From Candidatus Nomurabacteria bacterium RIFCSPLOWO2_01_FULL_41_12 (GTDB lineage Bacteria; Patescibacteriota; Minisyncoccia; Phycocordibacterales; UBA9973): a stretch of DNA of 40,600 nucleotides. Below the pieces are notes generated by a model. That model was given only the letters and a program-made list of their open reading frames with translations, searched no databases and was not told the DNA's origin. How positions within the stretch are numbered: position 1 is the first letter of the stretch; every line of letters begins with the position of its first letter. The stretch covers positions 7,355 through 47,954 of the forward strand of contig MFUY01000002.1 of the NCBI GenBank assembly GCA_001787035.1, read 5' to 3'. The position numbers and the translations under genes were made by a program. Shown piece by piece: positions 17,290-25,370 of this stretch.

Positions 17290-17965
17290 AAGAATTTTTC
17301 TATACCTGGCCTTGCCTTTAATTGTTCTGGCCCTCTATTTCGGCATAATTTATTTGTTTAGATATTTAGGGTTTCCTTCTCCGGAAGAAATAATTGCTTT
17401 CACTCAAAGATACTACGAAACCTACGGATACTCTGTGGTTTTAGTCGGCGCTATAGCGGAAGGTGCGCTCTTAATCAATTGGTATTTGCCGGGTTCTATC
17501 GTGGTGGCTTTGGGAGTTATCTTTGCCAAGCAAGCGGGACTGAATGTTTTCTTAATGTTAGGCTTGGTGATTCTGGGCTTTTTTCTGACTGCTCTCTTGA
17601 ACTATGCTTTAGGACGTTTTGGCTGGTATCATGTGTTTTTAAAATTAGGATTACAAATGCCGCTTGAAAAAATGCAGTCAAAAGTGGCGGACAAAGGTTT
17701 GAAGATATTATTTACCACTTATGTTCACCCTAACTTTGGAGCTTTAGCTGCTACTGCGGCCGGTATTTTACGCCTGCCTTTTTTTAAATTTTTTCTTTAT
17801 TCTTTAATTTCAATAACCATTTGGAATAGCTTATGGACTATTTTGTTTTATTATTTTGGTTCATTTCTTGTCCACTATGTAAACCTTCTCGTTATAGCAG
17901 GAGGGATATTCGTCTATTTTGTGCTGATGAAAAGCTTTAAAGAATCAAAAGTTAACATCCCCTAA
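17255..17965 (+). CDS. DedA/VTT-domain family membrane protein
   Basis: 236 aa. YGYSVVLVGAIAEGALLINWYLPGS and multiple TM segments. The 5' end overlaps the fusA relic in another frame. Confidence 0.75.
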   Translation: MLPRQLLPPENKRIFLYLALPLIVLALYFGIIYLFRYLGFPSPEEIIAFTQRYYETYGYSVVLVGAIAEGALLINWYLPGSIVVALGVIFAKQAGLNVFLMLGLVILGFFLTALLNYALGRFGWYHVFLKLGLQMPLEKMQSKVADKGLKILFTTYVHPNFGALAATAAGILRLPFFKFFLYSLISITIWNSLWTILFYYFGSFLVHYVNLLVIAGGIFVYFVLMKSFKESKVNIP

Positions 17966-18005
17966 GAGGTTTCTGTTTTCTGTTTTTTTTGATAGTATAC
18001 TAGCA

Positions 18006-19097
18006 ATGCTTCAGACCCCATTTTACAACCCGGAGAAATCTTATGAGGAAAATTTTCAAAAAGGCCCTTTTGGTGCCTTCGCGCAAGGCTTCGGCAACCC
18101 AAAGGGGGCTGATTCGGAAGTCATAAAAGATGAAGGCGAGCCCAAATATGATTTTCTTGGCTTCAAAGTAAACTCGCCTTTCGGTATTGCTGCCGGACCG
18201 CTTATAAATGGGAATTTTGTGCAGGCGGCACTCGATAAAGGTTTTGATATTGTCACTTATAAAACTGTCCGCACTAGAGAGTATCCATGTCATCCATGGC
18301 CGAATGTTTTGTCAGTGGAAGTGCCTGGAGACTTAACTTTAGAGAAGGCTGAAGAGGGAGTTGTGGCGAACGAAAATTATTCTGAACCGCTTTCCATTAC
18401 CAATTCTTTCGGCGTGCCCTCCTTTCCGCCTGAATTCTGGCAGGAAGATATAAAAAAAGTGGTAAAAAATTTACGCAAGGGGCAGATTCTCGTCGGCGCT
18501 TTCCAGAGAACAAAAAAAGAAATACCGGATGTGGAAGAATATATAAAAGATTTTGCCAGAGCAGCCAGACTAATGAAGGAAACTGGGGTGAATGTGATGG
18601 AAGTAAATTTCTCTTGTCCCAATGAAGGCACTGCAGAGCTTCTTTGTTATGACGTAGAGCGCAGCGCCGAAGTTTTGAAAGCGATCAAAGATGAAATTAA
18701 AAATATTCCTTTGATTGTAAAAATTTCTTATTTTAAAGACGAAGAATTGCTTCGCCATTTTGTAAAAAAGGTTGGTTCTTTAGTGCAAGGTGTTTCTGCT
18801 ATTAATACTATTTTTTCAAAAATAGTGGACGAGAAGGGAGGCGAAGCGCTTCCCGGACGGACGCATAGCGGAGTTTGCGGTCATGCCATAAAATGGGCAG
18901 GACTGGATATGGTGAAAAGATTAAAAAAGTTGCGTGAAGAGTTAGGATATTCATATACTATCATCGGCGTCGGGGGAGTGATGAATGCGAATGATTTTTT
19001 GGAGTACCGAAATGCCGGTGCAGACGTCGTGATGTCGGCGACCGGCGCGATGTGGAACCCGTATCTTGCAAGAGACATAAAAGAAAGGTTAAGATAA
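18006..19097 (+). CDS. pyrD: dihydroorotate dehydrogenase family protein
   Basis: 363 aa. FGIAAGPL, NFSCPN, GVGGV. Followed by pyrE and pyrF. Confidence 0.75.
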   Translation: MLQTPFYNPEKSYEENFQKGPFGAFAQGFGNPKGADSEVIKDEGEPKYDFLGFKVNSPFGIAAGPLINGNFVQAALDKGFDIVTYKTVRTREYPCHPWPNVLSVEVPGDLTLEKAEEGVVANENYSEPLSITNSFGVPSFPPEFWQEDIKKVVKNLRKGQILVGAFQRTKKEIPDVEEYIKDFARAARLMKETGVNVMEVNFSCPNEGTAELLCYDVERSAEVLKAIKDEIKNIPLIVKISYFKDEELLRHFVKKVGSLVQGVSAINTIFSKIVDEKGGEALPGRTHSGVCGHAIKWAGLDMVKRLKKLREELGYSYTIIGVGGVMNANDFLEYRNAGADVVMSATGAMWNPYLARDIKERLR

Positions 19098-19103
19098 AAT
19101 TAT

Positions 19104-19751
19104 ATGAATGAATCGAACCAAGAAGTTGTGGATATACTTAAGAAAACAAATGCAGTAGTTACCAATAGTCATTTCGTTTATGTTTCTGGGAAGCATGCTC
19201 CGGAATATGTTAACAAGGATTATGTTTATCCGCACACCGCACAAATTTCCCGGATTGCGGAAATAATTGCGGAAAAATACAAAGACCTACCAGTTGATGT
19301 CATAGTTGGACCATCTATCGGTGGTATTATACTTTCTCAATGGACGGCGCATCATCTATCGCTTTTGAAAGGTAAAGAAATTTTAAGTGTTTTTACAGAA
19401 AAGCAACCCAATAAAGATCAAATTTTTATGAGATATTACGGGCAATACGTAAAAGGCAGAAATGTTTTAGTTGTTGAAGATGTAGTAACTACAGGGGGCT
19501 CTGTGAAAAAAGTTATAAATAGTGTTCTGAAAGAAGGCGGTAAAGTTTTAGCCGCCTGCGCGATAGTAAACAAAGACCCCAAAAATATAAATCCGGATTT
19601 TATCGGTGTGCCTTTTGACTATTTGGCAATTATTGGTATGGATGTTTGGGATGAAAAAGATTGTCCGTTATGTAAAGAGGGTGTGCCAATAAATCTTCAG
19701 TTGGGATATGGTAACCAATTTTTGGAGCAACATAAAGATTATCCAAGATGA
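19104..19751 (+). CDS. pyrE: orotate phosphoribosyltransferase
   Basis: 215 aa. PRPP-binding loop VLVVEDVVTTGGS. The TGA stop overlaps the pyrF ATG. Confidence 0.8.
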   Translation: MNESNQEVVDILKKTNAVVTNSHFVYVSGKHAPEYVNKDYVYPHTAQISRIAEIIAEKYKDLPVDVIVGPSIGGIILSQWTAHHLSLLKGKEILSVFTEKQPNKDQIFMRYYGQYVKGRNVLVVEDVVTTGGSVKKVINSVLKEGGKVLAACAIVNKDPKNINPDFIGVPFDYLAIIGMDVWDEKDCPLCKEGVPINLQLGYGNQFLEQHKDYPR

Positions 19752-20563
19752 TAATTGATAAATACAACAAAAGAGCAAAAAAAATAAATTCGCTTCTTTG
19801 TGTAGGTTTGGATACTGACTTTTCTAAAATTCCCAAGCGTTTTTTGAGAAAAAAATTTCCTCAATTTGAATTTAATAAATGGATTATAGAAGAGACGCAC
19901 GAATTTGTCGTGGCTTATAAGCCAAATAGCGCATTTTATGAAGCGCGGGGTGATAAGGGAATGAAAGAATTAAAAATGACAATGGATTATTTGATTAAAA
20001 ATTATCCGGATGTTTTTACAATATTAGATGCCAAACGCGCAGACATTGGTAATACGAATAATGGCTATGTGTCGGCTATTTTTGACTGGCTTAATTTTGA
20101 TGCTGTAACTCTTCATCCATATTTAGGGAAAGAAGCATTAAAGCCGTTTCTAGACAGGAAAAATAAAGGTTGCATTATTCTTTGCCGGACTTCAAACAAA
20201 GGAGCCGAAGAGTTTCAGGATTTAGAGTTTTCGCAAGGACGGTCCTTGCGAAAACTTTGGCAGATTGTGGCGGAGAGAGTGAGTAAAAATTGGGATAAAA
20301 ATAAAAATTGCATGCTTGTCGTCGGTGCGACTTATCCAAAAGAAATGAAAAAAATCCGCGCGCTGGTCGGCGACATGACTTTTCTTGTGCCCGGTATCGG
20401 TGCGCAGGGTGGAGATTTGAAAGCTGTAATAAAAGCCGGCTTAAACAAAAAAGGCCTCGGTCTCATTATTAATTCTTCTCGGGGAATTATTTTTGCCAAA
20501 AATCCCAAAGAAGGGGCACAAAAACTTAGGGATGAAATTAGGACATATAAGAATATTTCCTAA
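19748..20563 (+). CDS. pyrF: orotidine 5'-phosphate decarboxylase (type 2)
   Basis: 271 aa. LCVGLDTD, ILDAKRADIGNT, LVPGIGAQGG. Confidence 0.85.
   Translation: MIIDKYNKRAKKINSLLCVGLDTDFSKIPKRFLRKKFPQFEFNKWIIEETHEFVVAYKPNSAFYEARGDKGMKELKMTMDYLIKNYPDVFTILDAKRADIGNTNNGYVSAIFDWLNFDAVTLHPYLGKEALKPFLDRKNKGCIILCRTSNKGAEEFQDLEFSQGRSLRKLWQIVAERVSKNWDKNKNCMLVVGATYPKEMKKIRALVGDMTFLVPGIGAQGGDLKAVIKAGLNKKGLGLIINSSRGIIFAKNPKEGAQKLRDEIRTYKNIS
20226..20256. repeat. Family D palindrome, copy D1, inside the pyrF coding sequence
   Basis: Perfect 31-nt palindrome AGTTTTCGCAAGGAC-G-GTCCTTGCGAAAACT, encoding FSQGRSLRKL. The core AAGGAC-S-GTCCTT recurs at 21908, 26121/26145, 27333 and 39978/40004. Confidence 0.7.
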
Positions 20564-20564
20564 T

Positions 20565-20592
20565 TTGACAACATTTTTTAATCTGCTAATAT
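20565..20592 (+). promoter_or_regulatory. near-consensus sigma70-like promoter upstream of tuf
   Basis: TTGACA (20565-20570), 16-nt spacer, TAATAT (20587-20592). Confidence 0.55.
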
Positions 20593-20598
20593 AACAAT

Positions 20599-20625
20599 AA
20601 CTGCACTTTTGGCAGTTTTTGTTTG
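20599..20625 (+). promoter_or_regulatory. 5'-leader hairpin plus U-tract in the tuf leader
   Basis: AACTGC-ACTTTTG-GCAGTT followed by TTTTGTTTG. Confidence 0.4.
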
Positions 20626-20709
20626 CCCAATTATTAATAATATCGTTAGTAATTAAGCCTTAGCAGCTATTCCTGTATGTTAAGTCTTAACTATTAGCAC
20701 AATAAATAT

Positions 20710-21903
20710 ATGGCAGAAGAATTTAAAAGAGACAGGCCGCACATAAATGTCGGCACCATTGGTCACGTTGACCATGGTAAGACTACCTTAACAGCTTCCA
20801 TCCTGCATGTTTTGAATATGGCCGGAAAGCAGGTTAGGCTTCGAGGTGTTGATCAGATCGACAATGCTCCGGAAGAAAAAGCTCGAGGAATTACTATTAA
20901 TATTTCTCACAACGAGTATTCAACCGATGCCCGCCACTATGCGCACATCGATGCTCCAGGACACGCGGACTATATTAAAAACATGATTACCGGCGCAGCT
21001 CAGATGGACGGCGCTATCCTTGTGGTTGCGGCTACTGACGGCGCGATGCCTCAAACTCGCGAACACGTTTTGCTTGCTAAGCAAGTCGGCGTGCCTAAAA
21101 TGATTGTTTTCTTAAACAAGTGCGACATGGTTGACGATAAAGACATGATTGACCTGGTGGAAGAAGAAATTCGCGAGCTCCTAACCAAACAAGGTTTTGA
21201 CGGCGCTGGCGCTCCGGTTATTCGCGGTTCAGCCCTTAAAGCTCTTGAATCAAAGTCCGTTGACGATGAATGGGCGAAAAAAATTCTTGAACTCGTCAAT
21301 GCTCTAGATACCTATATTCCAATCCCAGAGAGAGACATTTCCAAGCCTTTTCTTATGCCGGTTGAAGACATCTTCTCTATTGAAGGACGAGGAACAGTTG
21401 TGACCGGAAAAATTGAAAGAGGGGTAGTGAAAGTCGGCGAAGATGTGGAAATTGTCTGAATTAAACCTACCCAAAAATCAACGGTTACCGGTATTGAAAT
21501 GTTCAATAAAAATCTACAAGAAGGTATGGCTGGAGACAACGCCGGTATTCTGCTTCGGGGCTTAAAGAAAGAAGACATTACCCGTGGGCAAGTTCTTTGC
21601 AAACCGGGCACAACTACTCCACACGACAACTTTACCGCTGAAATATATGTTTTAAAAAAAGAAGAAGGCGGACGTCACACTCCTTTCTTTAAAGGCTATA
21701 AGCCCCAGTTTTATATCCGAACGACGGATGTCACAGGTGATGTAGCTCTTGCTGAAGGGACAGAAATGGTTATGCCTGGAGATACGGTAAAGATTACAGT
21801 TAAATTAGTCACTCCGGTTGCATTAGAGGAAGCGCAGAGATTTGCTATTCGTGAAGGAGGCAAGACTGTCGGCGCAGGGGTGGTTACAAAGATTCTTGGT
21901 TAA
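20710..21903 (+). CDS. tuf: translation elongation factor Tu, one reading frame interrupted by a single in-frame TGA (21457-21459)
   Basis: Track ORFs 20710..21459 and 21499..21903 are in the same frame. Read through, the junction gives GEDVEIV-[TGA][15 protein letters not shown], which matches the conserved EF-Tu [33 protein letters not shown] and NKCD are present. Confidence 0.85.
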
Positions 21904-21907
21904 AATC

Positions 21908-21942
21908 AAGAACGGTCCTTAGGGAAGTTGAGACCGTCCTTT
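21908..21942. repeat. Family D composite hairpin, copy D2 (tuf-rpsJ spacer)
   Basis: AAGAACGGTCCTT-AGGGAAGTTG-AGACCGTCCTTT. Same layout as 39978-40018. Confidence 0.65.
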
Positions 21943-21951
21943 AAAAGCACA

Positions 21952-22416
21952 ATGACAACAACAGAGACAAAAACAAAAAAGCCTAAAATGCTCAAAACTC
22001 CGGCAGTTAAAGTTGCCAAAATACCTAAATTAAAAGTCTCTAAAATTAGTCTTAAAAAAGGTAAATCTTCGCCTTCTCTACGGGCAGGTCGTCCAACTTC
22101 CGGGGATGGCAAAGTAGTGCTTCGCATACGTGTGCGAGCGTATGAAAATAAAATTCTTGATAGCTCAGTCAAGCAGATTATGGATACTGCTGTCCGTTAC
22201 GATGCAGTCATCGTCGGGCCGGTGCCTCTGCCTACTGAAATTAAGAAATACACGGTTAATCGTTCCCCTTTTATTTACAAAAATACGCGGGAGCAATTTG
22301 AGATTCGAGTGCATAAAAGATTAATTGATATTGTAAATCCAAACGCAAAAACCATCGAGGCTCTGACTAATTTATCGCTTCCTTCGGGGGTAGATATTGA
22401 CGTCAAGATGTTATGA
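21952..22416 (+). CDS. rpsJ: 30S ribosomal protein S10 with Lys-rich N-terminal extension
   Basis: First ATG in frame at 21952. The core LRIRVRAYENKILDSSVKQIMDTAVRYDAVIVGPVPLPT is S10. It is preceded by about 55 Lys/Thr/Pro-rich residues. The TGA stop overlaps the rplC ATG. Confidence 0.85.
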   Translation: MTTTETKTKKPKMLKTPAVKVAKIPKLKVSKISLKKGKSSPSLRAGRPTSGDGKVVLRIRVRAYENKILDSSVKQIMDTAVRYDAVIVGPVPLPTEIKKYTVNRSPFIYKNTREQFEIRVHKRLIDIVNPNAKTIEALTNLSLPSGVDIDVKML

Positions 22417-22967
22417 AATTTATTTTAGGAACAAAAGAAAACATGACGGAGTATTTCGAGGAAGATGGAAAAGTAATTCCAGTTACTTCGCTCTATGCTG
22501 GTCCGGTGACAGTAAGTCGGATTTTTCGGAAAGAAAAAGATGGCTATAATGCCGTCCAAGTAGATTTTGCTTCAAAGAAAAAAGAATTTAGGCTTAAGCC
22601 AGAAGATACGATAGACCTCAAAGAGGGAGACACTATTGACGTTTCAGTTTTTGCTCCGGGCGACAATCTTATTGTTTCAAGCGTATCCAAAGGTAAAGGT
22701 TTCCAAGGCGTGGTCAAGCGCCATGGGTTCTCTGGCGGCCCGCGCACCCACGGTCAGAAACATTCGGAAAGAGAGGCAGGCTCAATCGGCGGAGGACTTC
22801 GAACTCATGTTCCTCGCGGCATGAGAATGGCGGGCAGGATGGGGGGAGATAGAATAACCCAGAAAAATTTAAAAGTTGTTTTTGTAGATAAAGAAAATAA
22901 TATAATGCTGGTGAAGGGAGCGATAGCCGGAAAGCGCGGGAGCTTGGTTGAGATTGTAAGCAGATAG
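22413..22967 (+). CDS. rplC: 50S ribosomal protein L3
   Basis: 184 aa. ILGTKENMTEYF, GKGFQGVVKRHGFSGGPRTHG. Confidence 0.9.
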   Translation: MKFILGTKENMTEYFEEDGKVIPVTSLYAGPVTVSRIFRKEKDGYNAVQVDFASKKKEFRLKPEDTIDLKEGDTIDVSVFAPGDNLIVSSVSKGKGFQGVVKRHGFSGGPRTHGQKHSEREAGSIGGGLRTHVPRGMRMAGRMGGDRITQKNLKVVFVDKENNIMLVKGAIAGKRGSLVEIVSR

Positions 22968-22989
22968 TAGTAAATAGTTAGTAAGAATT

Positions 22990-23661
22990 ATGGAAGCAAA
23001 AATACAAGCAAAAATTTATGACCAAAAAGGTGTCTCGGCGGGGGCAGTATTTCTTCCAGCGAAAGTTTTTGCCGCTAAGTGGAGGAGCGACCTAGTGCAT
23101 CAAGTTGTGGAAGGAATGCGCAGCAATAAGCGCGCAGGCACAGCTGATACTAAGGACAGGGGAGAAGTCCGCGGTGGAGGCAGAAAGCCCTGGAAACAAA
23201 AGGGGACAGGGCGGGCACGTCACGGGTCTTCCAGGAGCCCTATCTGGGTGGGCGGAGGCGTAACCCACGGCCCGCTGGCGGAGAAAAATTATAAAAGAAA
23301 AATCTCAAAAAAAATGCGGGCGCAGGCGCTTTTCTCCGTTTTGTCTAGAAAATTAAAAGACGGGGAGATTATTTTTATAGATTCTCTTGTAATGTCTGGG
23401 ATCAGCACTAAAAACGGAGTAGAAGTGATAAAAAATTTAGCCAAAGCTATAGGAGCCAAAAATATTACAACTGCAAAGAAACCCAAAATGCTCATGGCTC
23501 TGTATGAACGTAATGTTAAAACAGAAAAGAGCTTCAGAAATATATCGGCACTTGAGATAGTTTTTCTAAAAAATCTAAATCCTCTTGATGTATTAAATTA
23601 CCAATACCTTTTAATAGAAAATCCGGTCGAGAGCGTAAAATTTTTAGAATCTCGTGGCTAG
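22990..23661 (+). CDS. rplD: 50S ribosomal protein L4
   Basis: 223 aa. RGGGRKPWKQKGTGRARHGSSRSPIWVGGGVTHGP. Confidence 0.9.
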   Translation: MEAKIQAKIYDQKGVSAGAVFLPAKVFAAKWRSDLVHQVVEGMRSNKRAGTADTKDRGEVRGGGRKPWKQKGTGRARHGSSRSPIWVGGGVTHGPLAEKNYKRKISKKMRAQALFSVLSRKLKDGEIIFIDSLVMSGISTKNGVEVIKNLAKAIGAKNITTAKKPKMLMALYERNVKTEKSFRNISALEIVFLKNLNPLDVLNYQYLLIENPVESVKFLESRG

Positions 23662-23780
23662 TGAAACTTTTTAAAATATGCTTTTTCCGGTACGGATTTT
23701 CCGAAGCTTGAAAAATCCTGAAATTCTCGGCTCGTCAGCCTCGAAACCCCTCCAAAAGCATATTTTAAAAAGTTTCACTA
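23659..23780. repeat. 122-bp element with perfect 27-bp terminal inverted repeats (rplD-rplW spacer)
   Basis: TAGTGAAACTTTTTAAAATATGCTTTT (23659-23685) is the exact reverse complement of 23754-23780. The 68-nt core contains an internal GGATTTT/AAAATCC hairpin. The left arm includes the rplD TAG stop. Confidence 0.8.
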
Positions 23781-23787
23781 AAACAAA

Positions 23788-24057
23788 ATGACAAAAATAA
23801 TTAAAAACCCAAGAGTGACCGAAAAAGCCTCATTTGCGCAAGAGCAAAATGTTTACTCTTTTGATGTTGTTTCAGGGGCGAATAAGACAGAAATAAAAAA
23901 GGCTATTTTTGCGCTCTATAAAGTGCATCCGGTAAAAGTGAATGTTTTACCTATACCAAGGAAAAATATTATGTCCAAAGGACGTTTGGGAGTCAAAGGC
24001 GGAGGCCGAAAGGCGTTGGTGTATTTAAAGGTAGGTGATAAAATAGAATTTATTTAA
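23788..24057 (+). CDS. rplW: 50S ribosomal protein L23
   Basis: 89 aa. PRVTEKASFAQEQNVYSFDV, NKTEIKKAI. Confidence 0.9.
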   Translation: MTKIIKNPRVTEKASFAQEQNVYSFDVVSGANKTEIKKAIFALYKVHPVKVNVLPIPRKNIMSKGRLGVKGGGRKALVYLKVGDKIEFI

Positions 24058-24058
24058 A

Positions 24059-24898
24059 ATGAAAAGCTACAAACCGACAAGTAAATCAAGACGTCAGATG
24101 ACTAATGTATCATACAGGGGTGTTTTGACAGCGACCGCTCCCACTAAGTCTTTGACTTATGGTTTCAAGAGATCAGTAGGGCGTAACAGCCAAGGCAGGA
24201 TTACCATGAGACATAAAGGCGGAGGGCATAAGCGTCTTTTCCGGGATGTTGACTTTGTTTATAATAAAAAAGAAATTCCCGCGAAGATTAAATCTGTGGA
24301 ATACGACCCGAACCGTTCGGCCTTCATTGGCTTAGCTGTCTATAAAGATGGAGAAAAAAGATATGTCGTATTGCCGAAAGGAGTAAAAATGGGGGATTCT
24401 TTTATCGTATCCGAAAAGGCGCCCCTCTCGGCGGGAAATCGTTTGCCACTTCGTAATATTCCGGTTGGAACTTTTGTTTACAATATTGAAATCAAACCTA
24501 GGGGCGGTGCTAAGATCGGTCGCTCAGCGGGAATTTTTGCCCAAGTGGTGGCGAATGCCGACGGATATACGAACATCAAAATGCCTTCAACGGAAATCAG
24601 AAAAATAAATGAAGAGTGTTGGGCCTCTATAGGCGCGGTTTCAAACGAAGAGCATCATCTGGAGAATTACGGTAAAGCGGGGCGTAGCCGTTGGAAAGGA
24701 ATACGCCCGACGGTTCGCGGCACAGCAATGAACCCAGTAGACCATCCATACGGAGGCGGAGAGGGCAGACAAGGGCGCGGAACCAAACGCCCGAAAACAA
24801 TGTGGGGCAAGGTTACCGGCGGGCGCAAAACCCGCGGTCCGAAGAAATACTCAAATGTGTTTATCGTGTCTAGGCGCAAGACTGGGAAGAATAAATAA
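24059..24898 (+). CDS. rplB: 50S ribosomal protein L2
   Basis: 279 aa. RHKGGGHKR, GTAMNPVDHPYGGGEG. Confidence 0.95.
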   Translation: MKSYKPTSKSRRQMTNVSYRGVLTATAPTKSLTYGFKRSVGRNSQGRITMRHKGGGHKRLFRDVDFVYNKKEIPAKIKSVEYDPNRSAFIGLAVYKDGEKRYVVLPKGVKMGDSFIVSEKAPLSAGNRLPLRNIPVGTFVYNIEIKPRGGAKIGRSAGIFAQVVANADGYTNIKMPSTEIRKINEECWASIGAVSNEEHHLENYGKAGRSRWKGIRPTVRGTAMNPVDHPYGGGEGRQGRGTKRPKTMWGKVTGGRKTRGPKKYSNVFIVSRRKTGKNK

Positions 24899-24927
24899 AA
24901 AAATCCTCCACTATGGAGGATTTTTTT
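24899..24927 (+). terminator. strong rho-independent terminator immediately after rplB, inside the S10 cluster
   Basis: AAAAATCCTCCA-CTA-TGGAGGATTTTT (12-bp stem) with a T7 run. The A run upstream makes it potentially bidirectional. Confidence 0.75.
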
Positions 24928-25016
24928 ATTAACAACCATAACTTGCGTTATTTTGTGTAGATTATAGACTTTATAATGGAATCATACATAAACTTTGTTC
25001 TCTCACCCCAGATATT

Positions 25017-25301
25017 TTGGGGTAAATCGTAACGTTGTCGTTTCGGAGGGGGTCAATGCACCACGTGTCAAGGCGTCGTCGTCGCCAGGCGAGGAGAGTT
25101 ATCATCGCCGTGGCTATGTTGTTCATTGTACGTCGGGCGAAGGAGGCCCGTGTTACGCGTCGCAAACGACGCTAGTCTGGTGCATCCACCCTCTAGCTGG
25201 CTCCCCGCCGGCCCCTCAACATCGCTGGCTCCCGCCAGTCCCACCCCGCCCCGGCCTTCGACGCCTGTCGAATGCTGGGGCACTCTTATTTTTACCCCCA
25301 A
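25017..25301. other. GC-rich insert 1 between rplB and rpsS; candidate structured RNA or foreign DNA remnant
   Basis: 151 of 240 nt are G+C in 25021-25260, and 47 of 60 in 25201-25260. The flanking line 24941-25000 has 16 of 60. Complementary segments: 25046-50/25189-93, 25056-62/25179-85, 25134-38/25146-50, 25157-62/25167-72, and possibly 25017-26/25291-301. TATAAT at 24972-24977 lies upstream. Strand undetermined. Confidence 0.5.
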
Positions 25302-25328
25302 CGGCTCAAATACCAGTATTTGAGCCGT
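25301..25328. other. perfect 12-bp hairpin at the right edge of GC-rich insert 1
   Basis: ACGGCTCAAATA-CCAG-TATTTGAGCCGT. No U-tract on either strand. Confidence 0.6.
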
Positions 25329-25342
25329 TCGCTGACTTTCAT

Positions 25343-25370
25343 TTGACATTTTAGCCATATTTGTTAGTAT
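25343..25370 (+). promoter_or_regulatory. near-consensus sigma70-like promoter re-initiating at rpsS
   Basis: TTGACA (25343-25348), 16-nt spacer, TAGTAT (25365-25370). Followed by leader hairpin GGCTC-AATTGA-GAGCC (25379-25394) and GTTTTGTTTG. Confidence 0.55.

Noticed and set aside
20710-21903. Genome-wide UGA=Gly recoding (genetic code 25) as the explanation for the TGA in tuf
   Set aside because: All other genes in the window are long uninterrupted ORFs under the standard code. TGA serves as the terminal codon of the ThyA-like gene, pyrE, rpsJ, rpmC and the 16670 ORF, four of them in ATGA overlaps with the next start. A code-25 genome of this AT content would show many in-frame TGAs, and I see one. 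The single site is kept as a finding, but global reassignment is rejected.
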